The translations under genes were made by a program, and so were the position numbers. The notes under the pieces are model-generated. The model saw only the letters and a list, made by a program, of their open reading frames with translations, did no database searches and had not been told where the DNA came from. A DNA stretch of 63,126 nucleotides. It comes from an uncultured Muribaculaceae bacterium. GTDB taxonomy: Bacteria > Bacillota_I > Bacilli_A > RF39 > UBA660. The stretch covers positions 3,759 through 66,884 of the forward strand of contig CAZTRF010000001.1 of the NCBI GenBank assembly GCA_964616495.1, read 5' to 3'. This document shows positions 30,682 to 41,200 of this stretch, in pieces. How positions within the stretch are numbered: position 1 is the first letter of the stretch; each line of letters starts with the position of its first letter.

Positions 30682-32529
30682 ATGTTACCAGAGTTTTTAA
30701 GAAATAGAAAAATTTTTATTCTTGGTGCTATAGCCAGTACAATTGTTTTGGCATTAGGTCTTTCTTATGCCTTCTTTTCACGTGAAAGCTTGTTAGGAGA
30801 AACAAGCAATAATACGATAAATATTAATACGATAAGTAGTGGAAGTATTAGTCAATCATTTACGGCAACTTATGATAATGCTAGTAATGAGATTATGACA
30901 GGTATTTTAAATTTAGACACTATTAGTTATCGTAAGTTATCAAAATTTTATGTAGAAAATGAATATCCAGATTCTTTAGATATTTCAATTAATTGGGCCT
31001 TTGTTACAAGCACATTAATTCAAAGTGATAGTTCTTATAATTTATATGAATGTAGTCAATCTAATTATGAAAATGCGACTATATCAAATATAAGTACAAA
31101 TTGTACTTTGATAAGTCCATCAACCGGTAATTATTTACCAAATACTGGAGAATCTTCTAAATTGCAAAGCACTAATGAAATAAGTATTAGTGCAAATACA
31201 ACAAAGTATTATGCAGTCTTAGTTACAATAGGTGTGTCTAATAACACAAGAAGTTTCCAAGGAATAATTAAAGTAAAGGATCGTTTAACTCATGTTTTAA
31301 CCCTAGATTTAAATGGGGGAACAATAAATACGGCTATATCAATGGATTTAAAAAATGGCGATAGTGTAACAATTCCAAATCCAACAAAGACCGGTTATAC
31401 ATTTGGCTCATGGAATTTAACTGTAGGTTTAGATAGTACCCTAGTATCATCAACTTTTACTATGGGAACAACCGATTCGACTTTACAAGCAATATGGGTG
31501 GCTAATACATATACAGTGACTTATAATTGTAATGGTGGCACTGGTGGTAGCACTGCAAATAGTATTCACACTTACGATGTGTCTAAAAGTTTAACAACTA
31601 ATGGATGCTATAAGCTTACTGCAGGCAGTGGTGGAATGGTTTATTATCTGAAGGGGTGGGCGACAACTTCAACAGCAACAACTCCAAACTACACAAACGG
31701 ACAGAGTATACTAAATTTAACATCAATTGGCAATGATACAATTAATTTATATGCAGTTTGGAGTGCTTTATTTAGTTATTCTACATCATATTTAGTATTA
31801 GATGATTATGCCAATACTGGTATTGCAGGTGATTGGCGGATTAAACTATTAACTAATGGAATTTTTACTTCTTTAGCTAATAACTCGATTGACGTATTTT
31901 TAGTTGGCGGAGGAGGCGGCGGAGCAAATTCTGGTAGTAAAGCAAGTAGTAGTGAAGGAATAGGTGGCGGTGGCGGAGGAGGCTATACAAATACAACGTC
32001 TGTTTTCTCTTTATCTGGAAATACCGATTATGCTGTTGTCGTTGGAGCTGGCGGTTCAAATGGAAATCCAGGCTTAAATGGAGGAAGTTCTTCATTTGGT
32101 AACTTGTCTGTACAAGGTGGAGAAGGCGGATGCCGAAAGACAAACAATTGTGGTGGAGATGGTGGTTCTGGAGGGAGTTCTTATTATGGAGCAGGTGGAA
32201 GCAATGGAAGCAATGGTGCTAATTTCACAACAACGCGCGGAATTGGACAAGGAACTACAACTTGTGAATTTGGACAAGGCTTATTAGGATCTGGTTGTAA
32301 TACTGGAGTAACTCTTTACGCTGGAGGTGGATCAGCAGGTACTTGGAATGCATCAGCCTTAGCTGGAGGATTAGGTGGTGGTGGTAGTGGTGGAGCATCA
32401 AATGCTAGCGGTAGTGCTGGTACTGTCAATACTGGTGGTGGTGGTGGCGGTGGCGGAGGTAACGATGGTGGAAATCCTAGCGGAGCAGCTGGTGGATCAG
32501 GTATTGTCATTATTAGAAACGCTAGATAA
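30682..32529 (+). CDS. Secreted surface protein: SipW/TasA-type signal + TasA-like N-domain + Listeria-Bacteroides (Flg_new) repeats + glycine-rich C-terminal domain
   Basis: The signal reads ...IVLALGLSYAFFS, compared with the camelysin/TasA motif GGTFAYFSD. Flg_new repeats are LTLDLNGGT...PTKTGYTFGSWN and YTVTYNCNGGTG...YLKGWA. The last 230 aa or so are Gly-rich (VFLVGGGGGGANSG...GGSGIVIIRNAR). The protein is paralogous to 47147-49759 over the first 290 aa or so. Confidence 0.75.
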   Translation: MLPEFLRNRKIFILGAIASTIVLALGLSYAFFSRESLLGETSNNTININTISSGSISQSFTATYDNASNEIMTGILNLDTISYRKLSKFYVENEYPDSLDISINWAFVTSTLIQSDSSYNLYECSQSNYENATISNISTNCTLISPSTGNYLPNTGESSKLQSTNEISISANTTKYYAVLVTIGVSNNTRSFQGIIKVKDRLTHVLTLDLNGGTINTAISMDLKNGDSVTIPNPTKTGYTFGSWNLTVGLDSTLVSSTFTMGTTDSTLQAIWVANTYTVTYNCNGGTGGSTANSIHTYDVSKSLTTNGCYKLTAGSGGMVYYLKGWATTSTATTPNYTNGQSILNLTSIGNDTINLYAVWSALFSYSTSYLVLDDYANTGIAGDWRIKLLTNGIFTSLANNSIDVFLVGGGGGGANSGSKASSSEGIGGGGGGGYTNTTSVFSLSGNTDYAVVVGAGGSNGNPGLNGGSSSFGNLSVQGGEGGCRKTNNCGGDGGSGGSSYYGAGGSNGSNGANFTTTRGIGQGTTTCEFGQGLLGSGCNTGVTLYAGGGSAGTWNASALAGGLGGGGSGGASNASGSAGTVNTGGGGGGGGGNDGGNPSGAAGGSGIVIIRNAR

Positions 32530-32544
32530 TTATTTGTATCAAAC

Positions 32545-32573
32545 TTGACATTATTAATTGCTTGCGATATAAC
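32545..32573 (+). promoter_or_regulatory. Candidate promoter inside the cassette, upstream of intact lgt
   Basis: TTGACA (32545-32550), 17-nt spacer, TATAAC (32568-32573). It is embedded in an imperfect inverted repeat, GACATtatTAATTG...CAATTAgcATGTC. Confidence 0.4.
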
Positions 32574-32765
32574 AATTAGCATGTCAAATGGGGGTGATGT
32601 GAATAATTATAAACCTTCATATAAAAACAATAGAACTATTTATCTATCTAATTTAGACAATCATTTTTATCTGATTTTGATGCTTCAGAAACTAATTTAA
32701 TAATTGATTGTGATTTGAAATAAGTGAATACGAAGATTAAGATAAAGAAAGAATTTAAAAAACTA

Positions 32766-32863
32766 AAAAAAGAAAAAGAGTGAGAGTTATGTTGCCAACA
32801 GTTAATTTTTTAGGAAAAGAATTAGGAATGTATCCAATAATGGCTACTATAGGATTATTTGCT
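32766..32863 (+). repeat. Direct repeat copy 2 (native lgt 5' end)
   Basis: See copy 1; the two copies are offset by 2361 bp. Confidence 0.95.
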
Positions 32864-33589
32864 ACGGCTATTTATTGTATTAGAATGGGTAAAAAAGAAA
32901 ATATTGATGATAATGATTTTATATCAATATTTATTAGAATGGGAATTGGTATCTTTATAGGCGGGCATTTATTATATGCTCTTACTAACTATAAACTATT
33001 TATTATCTTTTTTAATAGTTTAGAAAAAGTAACTAGTTTTAAAATACTTATTAATTGTTTACAAAAATTATTTGGTGGATCCGTGTTTTATGGTGGCCTT
33101 ATTGGTGGATTAATAGCTGTTTTAATATATACAAAAAAACATAAAATGAATATTAAAAGAATTTTTGATATTTTAGCTCCTGGAATTCCTTTATTTCACT
33201 TTTTTGGTAGAATAGGTTGTTTTTTAGGTGGATGTTGTTACGGTATTCCTTCAAAGTTTGGTTTTATCTATACTCATTCTTTGGTAGAGGAAGCTAATCA
33301 TATAAGAAGATTCCCTATTCAATTAATTGAGGCTCTCTTTTGCTTAGGACTATTCTTCTTTTTGGATTATCTCCTTAAAAATAAAAAATGGCGTAATAAA
33401 CTAATATATATATATTTTATTGTATATCCTTGTGGGCGTTTTATATTAGAATTTTTTAGAGGTGATAGTATTAGAGGTATTTGGTTTGGGCTATCAACAT
33501 CACAAATAATTAGCATATGTTTAATAATTTATGGTATTATTAGATTAATTACAAAAAAGGAGGAAAAAAAGAATGGCAAAATTTTGTGA
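32789..33589 (+). CDS. lgt: Prolipoprotein diacylglyceryl transferase
   Basis: Multi-TM protein with Lgt motifs FGRIGCFLGGCCYG and RFPIQLIEA. ATG 32789 is preferred over GTG 32780. Confidence 0.85.
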   Translation: MLPTVNFLGKELGMYPIMATIGLFATAIYCIRMGKKENIDDNDFISIFIRMGIGIFIGGHLLYALTNYKLFIIFFNSLEKVTSFKILINCLQKLFGGSVFYGGLIGGLIAVLIYTKKHKMNIKRIFDILAPGIPLFHFFGRIGCFLGGCCYGIPSKFGFIYTHSLVEEANHIRRFPIQLIEALFCLGLFFFLDYLLKNKKWRNKLIYIYFIVYPCGRFILEFFRGDSIRGIWFGLSTSQIISICLIIYGIIRLITKKEEKKNGKIL

Positions 33590-33917
33590 AAACTGCGGTA
33601 ACGAAATAAAAGAAGGGGCCGATATTTGTATTAAATGTGGCAAAATAATTAATAAAACAGGTGCTACCTTTAGTGATCCGAATGCCAAATCAAGAATAGC
33701 AGCCGGATTATTAGCATTTTTCTTAGGTAGTTTAGGAGTTCATAACTTTTATCTAGGATATGTAGGAAAGGCCGTTACTCAATTATTACTTACAGTAGTA
33801 GGATGGATTTTAATAGTTGGACCTATAGCTTCAGGAATATGGGCTTTAGTAGAAGCAATAATGATATTAACTGGTAGTATTAGTACTGATGCTACAGGAA
33901 AAGCGTTAAGAGATTGA
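33573..33917 (+). CDS. Zinc-ribbon + TM2-domain membrane protein
   Basis: N-terminal CENCG...CIKCG, then the TM2 motif LLAFFLGSLGVHNFYLGYVGKAVTQLLL. An AGGAGG RBS is present. It overlaps the lgt 3' end by 17 nt. Confidence 0.7.
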   Translation: MAKFCENCGNEIKEGADICIKCGKIINKTGATFSDPNAKSRIAAGLLAFFLGSLGVHNFYLGYVGKAVTQLLLTVVGWILIVGPIASGIWALVEAIMILTGSISTDATGKALRD

Positions 33918-33939
33918 GACTTATTATTAAGTCTTTTTT
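33917..33939 (+). terminator. Rho-independent terminator
   Basis: AGACTTA/TAAGTCT stem with a 4-nt loop, followed by T5-6. Confidence 0.65.
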
Positions 33940-34001
33940 ATTTACGAACGAATGTTTGTGTATTATAATTATAATGATGATGATATAATGATAAGGGTGA
34001 T

Positions 34002-34556
34002 ATGATGTTTGATTATATTAAAGGCCAAGTAATAGCTAATGAAAACAATTATATTGTAATAGATAATAATGGTCTTGGTTATAAAATATTTGTGGGGAAT
34101 CCTTTTGCATTTGAACCAAATACTGAAGTGATAGTATATTTATATAATCATATTAGAGAAAATGAATTTTCTTTGTATGGGTTTAAATCATTAGATGAAA
34201 AAAAATTGTTTTTAAAATTAATTAATGTTAAGGGATTAGGCCCTAAAATGGCTATGCCAATGTTAGCCACCGGTAGTATTAATGGAATTATGGATGCCAT
34301 TGAAAGAGAAAATATTTTATATTTAACTAAGTTTCCTAAAATAGGAGAAAAATTGGCGCGTCAAATTATATTAGATTTAAAAGGCAAATTAATAAAACAA
34401 GAAGAAATCAGTCTAAGTACTAATGATGAATTGGTAAGTGTATTAGAAAGTTTAGGCTATAAAGCAATTGATATTAAAAAAATTATTCCTAAAGTTGATT
34501 CTTCATTAAAAATAGAAGAACAAGTTAAAGAAGCTTTAAGACTTATTATGAAATAG
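34002..34556 (+). CDS. ruvA: Holliday junction DNA helicase RuvA
   Basis: M(M)FDYIKG...NGLGYKI...HiH motifs ([21 protein letters not shown]) and a C-terminal domain III. Confidence 0.9.
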   Translation: MMFDYIKGQVIANENNYIVIDNNGLGYKIFVGNPFAFEPNTEVIVYLYNHIRENEFSLYGFKSLDEKKLFLKLINVKGLGPKMAMPMLATGSINGIMDAIERENILYLTKFPKIGEKLARQIILDLKGKLIKQEEISLSTNDELVSVLESLGYKAIDIKKIIPKVDSSLKIEEQVKEALRLIMK

Positions 34557-34564
34557 GAGGGTTT

Positions 34565-35569
34565 ATGGAAAAAAGAATGCTTAGTAATGAAGAATTAGAC
34601 ACTGACTCATTTGATCAGAATTTAAGACCTCAATATTTAAATGAATATATTGGACAAAAAGAAGTAAAAGAAAACATTGACATTTTTATAAAGGCAAGTA
34701 AAATGCGCAAAGAAGCTCTAGACCACGTTTTATTATATGGGCCTCCCGGATTAGGGAAGACAACCCTTGCCCATATTATAGCTAATGAACTAGGAGTAAA
34801 AATAAAGTCAACTAGTGGTCCAGCAATTGAAAAAAGTGGAGATTTAGCAGCTATTTTATCTACTTTAGAACCTGGTGATGTTTTATTTATTGATGAAATA
34901 CATCGAATGCCAAAGTTTATAGAAGAAATTTTATATCCAGCTATGGAAGATTTTGAATTAGATATTATCATTGGCAATGAAACCGGATCAAAAAGCATTA
35001 AAATAGATTTACCACCTTTTACTTTAATTGGAGCGACAACTAGAGCAGGGGATATATCAAGTCCTTTAAGGGATCGTTTTGGAATAGTTTCAAAATTAAA
35101 TTATTATACTCAAAATGAATTAAAAGAAATAATTAAAAGAACTAGTAAAGTATTAAATGCCGAAATTACTGATGAGGCGGCTATGGATTTAGCTAAAAGA
35201 TGTCGAAGGACTCCTCGTATAGCTAATCGTTTATTTAAAAGAATAAGTGATTTTGCTTTAGTTGAGGGGGAAGGATTAATTGATAAGAAAATTTTAGAAA
35301 AGTCTTTAAAGCGTTTAAATGTTGATGAAGATGGACTCGATCAAATTGATATTGAGTATTTAGAATCATTAATTAACAAATTTAATGGAGGCCCAGTAGG
35401 AGTAGAAACTATAGCTACTTCAATTGGGGAAGAAGTAACTACTATTGAAGATGTGGTGGAACCATTTTTAATGCAAGAAGGATTTATAAAAAGAACTCAA
35501 AGAGGAAGAATGGCTACCGAAAAGGCTTACAAGCACTTAAAAATAGATCATAATGTAACACTTTTATAG
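34565..35569 (+). CDS. ruvB: Holliday junction DNA helicase RuvB
   Basis: [12 protein letters not shown], Walker [10 protein letters not shown], Walker B LFIDEIHR, sensor GATTRAG and RTPRIANRL. Confidence 0.95.
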   Translation: MEKRMLSNEELDTDSFDQNLRPQYLNEYIGQKEVKENIDIFIKASKMRKEALDHVLLYGPPGLGKTTLAHIIANELGVKIKSTSGPAIEKSGDLAAILSTLEPGDVLFIDEIHRMPKFIEEILYPAMEDFELDIIIGNETGSKSIKIDLPPFTLIGATTRAGDISSPLRDRFGIVSKLNYYTQNELKEIIKRTSKVLNAEITDEAAMDLAKRCRRTPRIANRLFKRISDFALVEGEGLIDKKILEKSLKRLNVDEDGLDQIDIEYLESLINKFNGGPVGVETIATSIGEEVTTIEDVVEPFLMQEGFIKRTQRGRMATEKAYKHLKIDHNVTLL

Positions 35570-35579
35570 GAGGTATATA

Positions 35580-36977
35580 GTGAAAGTAGCATTATTAGGA
35601 ATAAATGATAAAAAACATATTAAAGAACAAATTAAAATATTATCAGCTGCCGGAAGATTATCAAGATTTAAAGGAAATGTTAGTGAAGTATTAGAAATAT
35701 GTAATGATTATGATAAAAATTTAAATTTTATTAAAAGAGTTATTGGAATGGGCCATGAATCTATTACTGATCATGACTATTTAGTTTTTTCAATTATTGA
35801 TGTAACACCAATAATTGAGCAAACAATTATTGAAGAAAGATTATGCTCATTTACAATCAAATCAAGACGGGAAGTAGACTTTAGCAAAGCTGGATTTTAT
35901 ACGCCCATCTTTAGAGATAAATTTGGTAAACCAATAAATAATCAAGATAAATGGAAAATGAAATATCGCAATCATATGAAATATTTATTTAAGAGCTATA
36001 GTAAATTATTAGAAAAAGGTATTAATAAAGAAGATGCCCGATTTATTCTTCCATACTCATATCATAGTAATATTATTATGGGCGTTGATGCTCATATTTT
36101 GAAAAATTTAATTATTAGGTTTACCAAAGGTAAAGAAAGTAGAATAGCAGAATTAAAAGAGTTTGGGGAAAAACTACTTAAAATTGCTACTAAAAGAACC
36201 CCTTATTTAATAGAATTAATCGAAAAGGAAATTCCAAATTATGAGGCAGAAAAATTTATTGATAGTAAAATTAAAGATAAAGATTATAAAATAGTACCAA
36301 ATGTTACACTTTTAAGCTATACTTCTAATGTCGATGAAACTATATTTGTAACCTATTTAATGCAACATTATCAGTATGATTATAAAAAAGCTTTGGAAAT
36401 ATATCATGGTATTTTAAATGAAAATAAAGATATATTAGAAAAGTGGATTAAATTAATAGGCGAGTCTTATGAAAAAGAAGTTTTAACAGCTATTAATTTT
36501 AGATTTCAAATACCTTTATCCTTAGCTGTTTTAACTCATTTATCTCGTCATCGAACACATGATATTATTGTCCCAGATTTTGTTCCAATTCATAATTTAA
36601 TGGCTTATAAAACTCCAGAATCGATTAATAAGAATTGCAAAAATGAATATGATCAAATATATGCTAATAACAATAAAATATATGAAGAATTTAAACAAGC
36701 GGGCATTATGGCTGAAGATTTAATTTATTTTCATTTAAGTGGTAATATGGTGAATGTTTTAACTAATATGAATGGGAAAGATATACATTGGATTCTTCAT
36801 TTAAGAGAATGTACTAAAGCTCAATGGGAAATTAGGAGTGTGGCTCAAAGTATTCATCATGAAATAAGTAAAGTATCAAAATATTTTCCAATGATTTTAG
36901 GACCCACTTGTATAACTAAAGGTTTCTGCCCTGAAGGCAAAGAATCATGTGGTAGAATAAAAAACATTAAAAAGTAG
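35580..36977 (+). CDS. Double-length ThyX-like (flavin-dependent thymidylate synthase family) protein
   Basis: 465 aa. The N-half has GHESITDHDYLVFSI...EERLCSFTIKSRRE, with the ThyX RHR motif degenerated to EER. The C-half has LTHLSRHRTHD, an intact RHR motif. GTG start after a GGAGG RBS. Confidence 0.5.
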   Translation: MKVALLGINDKKHIKEQIKILSAAGRLSRFKGNVSEVLEICNDYDKNLNFIKRVIGMGHESITDHDYLVFSIIDVTPIIEQTIIEERLCSFTIKSRREVDFSKAGFYTPIFRDKFGKPINNQDKWKMKYRNHMKYLFKSYSKLLEKGINKEDARFILPYSYHSNIIMGVDAHILKNLIIRFTKGKESRIAELKEFGEKLLKIATKRTPYLIELIEKEIPNYEAEKFIDSKIKDKDYKIVPNVTLLSYTSNVDETIFVTYLMQHYQYDYKKALEIYHGILNENKDILEKWIKLIGESYEKEVLTAINFRFQIPLSLAVLTHLSRHRTHDIIVPDFVPIHNLMAYKTPESINKNCKNEYDQIYANNNKIYEEFKQAGIMAEDLIYFHLSGNMVNVLTNMNGKDIHWILHLRECTKAQWEIRSVAQSIHHEISKVSKYFPMILGPTCITKGFCPEGKESCGRIKNIKK

Positions 36978-36997
36978 TAGAAATATACTACTTTTTT
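36970..36997 (+). terminator. Rho-independent terminator
   Basis: AAAAGTAGTA/TACTACTTTT stem with a 6-nt loop and a T-run. It overlaps the stop codon. Confidence 0.65.
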
Positions 36998-37055
36998 TAT
37001 TCTAATTATGATATATTTATATAAGAAAAAATAACCATAAAAAGGAGTGAGTGAT

Positions 37056-38225
37056 ATGAGAAAAATATTACAAAGTATAGGATTATTTTTAATTGCTTTT
37101 ATCATTGCTATTCCTGGAGTTTTGGCTGATAGTATATCAACTTCAATCTCAGGAGCAAGTGAAATCGAAGCTGGAGAGGAGTTTACTTTAACCTTTAAAG
37201 CAACCAGTGGTACTAACATATGGGGACTTACTGCTAAACTCAACTATGATAGCAGTAAACTATCAATAGTATCAAGTAGTGCTGGTAGTGGGTTTAATTT
37301 AACTTTAGGTGCCAATATTGTTATTGATGCTACTAGTGGAGTTAATGCCCCTTTTATTATCTGTACTATTAAATTTAAAGCTTTGACAGGCTTTGTAGCT
37401 AATGAATCAACTACTGTGTCTCTTTCAAATGTTCAAGGCTCAGATGGAAATGTTGATATTAATGGTAGTGGTTCATCTAAAATTATAAAAGTTGTTCCAC
37501 CAAAATCAAGCAATAACTATTTAAGCGGTTTAGCAGTTGATGTTGGGACAATAAAATTTAATAAAGCAACTAATTCTTACACTATAGTAGTTGAAAACGC
37601 TGTAACTACGGCTAACATTACAGCTACTGCTGAAGATGCTACCGCTAAAATAAGTGGAACTGGATCAAAGCAATTAAGCGTATATACCAATACTTTTAGT
37701 ATCGTTGTAACAGCTGAAAATGGAACCAAAAGAACATATAAAATCTATATAAAAAGAAAAGATCAAGATGGAAATACTGCCAAAATAAGTAGTGATAATT
37801 TTTTAAAAGAATTAACTATTACAGGTTACAACATTGACTTTAATAAGGCTACTACTGAATATAGCATAGAAGTAGAAAATGATGTTGAAGTACTAGAAAT
37901 AATAGCTAGTGCTAATGATAGTGGAGCTACTGTTAATGTTATAAAGCCAGATGCTTTAGTTACCGGTGAAAATATTATCACAGTTGAAGTAACTAGTAAA
38001 AGTGGTGAAAAAGCCACTTACACTATTAAAGTAAATAAAAAAGAAAAACAAGTAGATCCGGAACCAATAGTGGATGATAAAAAAGAAGAAGAAAAAGAAA
38101 ACAAAGATACTTCTTTCAGTCATACAAAGTGCTATATATTTATTGGAGTGTTAGGAGTTTTATTTGTTGCATCATTTATATTAAATATCTTATTCTATAA
38201 AAAAATAAAAAATAGAGGTGTTTAA
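37056..38225 (+). CDS. Membrane-anchored cohesin-domain protein with two cadherin-like beta-sandwich (Cadg) modules (mini-scaffoldin/anchor)
   Basis: Signal peptide ...IPGVLA|DS. The cohesin-like module (nt 37128-37502) reads ISGASEIEAGEEFTLTFKA...GLTAKLNYDSSKLSIVS...ICTIKFKA. The two Cadg modules read NNYLSGLAV...YTIVVEN...ITATAEDATAKISG...IVVTAENGTKRTYKIYIKR and NFLKELTI...YSIEVEN...ASANDSGATVNV...VEVTSKSGEKATYTIKVNK. A K/E-rich linker and a C-terminal TM anchor follow. ATG 37056 lies 8 nt after an AAAGGAG. Confidence 0.65.
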   Translation: MRKILQSIGLFLIAFIIAIPGVLADSISTSISGASEIEAGEEFTLTFKATSGTNIWGLTAKLNYDSSKLSIVSSSAGSGFNLTLGANIVIDATSGVNAPFIICTIKFKALTGFVANESTTVSLSNVQGSDGNVDINGSGSSKIIKVVPPKSSNNYLSGLAVDVGTIKFNKATNSYTIVVENAVTTANITATAEDATAKISGTGSKQLSVYTNTFSIVVTAENGTKRTYKIYIKRKDQDGNTAKISSDNFLKELTITGYNIDFNKATTEYSIEVENDVEVLEIIASANDSGATVNVIKPDALVTGENIITVEVTSKSGEKATYTIKVNKKEKQVDPEPIVDDKKEEEKENKDTSFSHTKCYIFIGVLGVLFVASFILNILFYKKIKNRGV

Positions 38226-38228
38226 TAT

Positions 38229-41200
38229 ATGAAAAAAACATTCAAAAAACTAATTAGTTTAATAAGCATTATTTTAATGCTTTTTCCAGAATTATTTCCT
38301 TTTGTAGGAATAATGAAAGTTGATGCTGCTTTATATGAAGGACCAACTGTAATTGAAAATATTGATTTAAACTTTACAGATCATCAATCTCAAGACATTA
38401 CTCTTGGTGAGGGCGAAACATTTTCAAGCTGTTCTTCTGAATCACCTAGAATAGCATCAACTACGATATCAGCTGATAATAAGGTTTGTACTATAACTGC
38501 TTTATCTTACGGAATATCATCTGTTTATTTAAATATATATGCCGGTGGTAGCTATGAGAAAACAATATTTGTTAATGTTGATAACAATACTTTCTTAAAT
38601 AGCTTTTTAGATTCAATTCCTAATGAAATGACAATGACTTATCCCGAATATCAAAAATACATTCAAAATTATAGTCTAAATAGTAATAACCCAAATGATG
38701 TTAACGTTTATTTTGAAGAAAACTCTTTTGAAAATGGAACCTTCATAACTACAGCTGAAGTAACTGATAAAAATTATTACTATTTTAATAATGATGGTCA
38801 GGTTCACTATTACGAAAATGAGGACGATGCCACCATTTCTAAAGAAGTTCGTTTTAATATAATCGGCACGATGCTTTATGGTGACCTAGTTCATGCTTCA
38901 TTATCTTATTTATCAAAGATTGATTTTGTAACAAATACTGAAGTTAATTATGATAATTTAATATTTGTAAGCAGTGATAATAATATCTTTACTGTTGATA
39001 ATAAAGGCTATGTTAAGGGTGTATCTCTCGGCAATGGATATGTTTATGTATATGATAAAGAATCTGATGTGTATTACAAATTAGAGGTAAATGTTCAAGC
39101 TGGTTTTAATAATAATCCTGATTTCTCAGCTATTACTAGTTATTTTAACAATCAAACATTTGATGTTAATATAAGTACTAGTACGATAGCCAAAAAAGCT
39201 ATAAAATATACAGAAGGTGGTACATATACTATTGACCCAGCATCTTATTTTACAGCACTATATAACGAGCATTTTACACCAATATATGGTAGCAATATGC
39301 CTTATTTTAATAGTTTATCTTGTACCAACAATGTTTGCTCAGGTAGCGGTAGTTATTATTATGGCTCATCAGGATCTATCGATATAACAAATGCGACCTT
39401 TAATTTTAATGGAATAAAATTATTAGAAACTTATCTTATAGCTGATCCAAGTTCAAGTTTTGATTTAAACATTATAAAGTTAGGGGCAAGTGCTGATTCA
39501 GAAATCAGCTTTACTTATGATAGCGATTATTTAACTGAAAATGCTAACGGAACATTTTCTGCATTAAAAACGGGAGTTACAGAAGTAACCGCCAGTGATG
39601 GAACTTATCAGAGTACTGCTAAAATGTTTATTTCACCAACATATACTGATATTGCCCCAATTACAAATTATTTTAATAATTTATCGTCTATTACCTTGAC
39701 TTATCCTGTAACAGTTTTTAATGATTTAAATTTTTTATCAAAAGCTGTTAAAAACTATCTTACTGAAAACACACCTGAAAGTAATGGATATAAAAATTTA
39801 TATGAATATGATGTTAAATGCATAAATACTAATATGTGTCAAATCAAAAAGAATGAATATTATGATGCTGAGCATCTATATCCATCAGGTTTTTATTTAT
39901 CTTCTTTCAATTCTAAGATAATTCGCATAAATTATTCATTGGCTGAAGCTACAGAACTTACAGCTGCTGTTAATGAATTAAATAATATTGATAGTAAAAT
40001 TAATATTGCTTTTGAAGATATAGAAAAAGCTTATTATAGCTGTGATGCTTCAGACACTTGTTTTAACGAAAAAATTATAGAGGCAGCAGAATTGCAATTT
40101 AATTCATCAATGTTAAGTTTAAGCGACTTCGTTACAATTGAACAAATACCTGATATTTACTATACTATGGAAGGAAAAGTTCAGCTATCACTATATGGTG
40201 AAGTATTGTATAGCAAGCCAGTAGTAATAACTTATAATAAAATTCATACTCTTTCTCATTTATTAGAAAGAACCGAAGAATATAAAATAAATAATTATAA
40301 AGAAAAAATAGTTGATATGAGTACAACTCTTAATAATTATTCATTAACCACTAATGATATTACCATTACCTTAGTAAGAGATAAAATTTATAATATTGCA
40401 TATCATAATGATAATGAGCATGAAATCACATATAATTTTATGATCGATCAAAAAGAAAAAGTAAAAATAACAGGATTATCATTTGGGTCAAATTTTCCAG
40501 GTAAAAATATGGAAATTGGTGATGAAGAAGTTCTATATTATTCTGTTTATCCGGAAAATGCTAATTATGGTACCGTAGAATTTGTAAGTGCAGATCCAAC
40601 AATTATATCGGTTAATAATACTACTAGAACTATTACTGCTCTAAAAAAAGGTTATACAACTATTTATCCAAAGATAAATGGTAAAGTCCAAAAACATAGT
40701 GGTTATCTATCATGTGTAGATACCACCTATGAAGATATTCTTAATGATATGTTAGAAGCTAATGGCCCAAGTAATGTTACTATAACTTATTATGATTTAC
40801 TAAACTTTGATTTGATAAGTGCCATAACTAATGAAGTAAGTAATCAAATAAATAATAATTTAAATAGGCCGTTAAGTTCAACGGTTGAAGTTGAAGAGAT
40901 TGGAACAACTGGAACATATAAATATCGTTTAGTTTATTCAGAATATATTTACGGATCATCTGAATCCTCTTTTAGTTATTCTCAATATAAAAATATTACC
41001 TATGATAAAAAAGGAATAAGTACTACTGATAACGAATATAAAATAGATATTAATGAAATAGTGGATACTAAATTATCATTTAGTGAAGCTGATAATATAA
41101 ACTTAAATATTAGAATTGAAGATCCAAGTATTGTTTCATATAGTAATAGTGGGATTTTAAAAGGACTTAAAACAGGCAAAACTTATATTTCTATTTATGA

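Noticed and set aside
31877-32582. ORFs inside the first glycine-rich gene, antisense or in alternative sense frames (31877-32143 -, 32092-32277 -, 32316-32582 - with a PPPPPP run, and 32078-32287 +).
   Set aside because: They are mirror or alternative-frame products of the GGN-rich coding strand: Gly codons read as Pro on the reverse strand. They have no RBS, are low-complexity, and are fully nested in a well-supported CDS.
32581-32700. 39-codon ORF (MSNGGDVNNYKPSYKNNRTIYLSNLDNHFYLILMLQKLI) in the spacer between the Gly-rich gene and lgt.
   Set aside because: It has no RBS and no recognisable family. It lies in the leader of the candidate lgt promoter. It is probably non-coding or a gene remnant.
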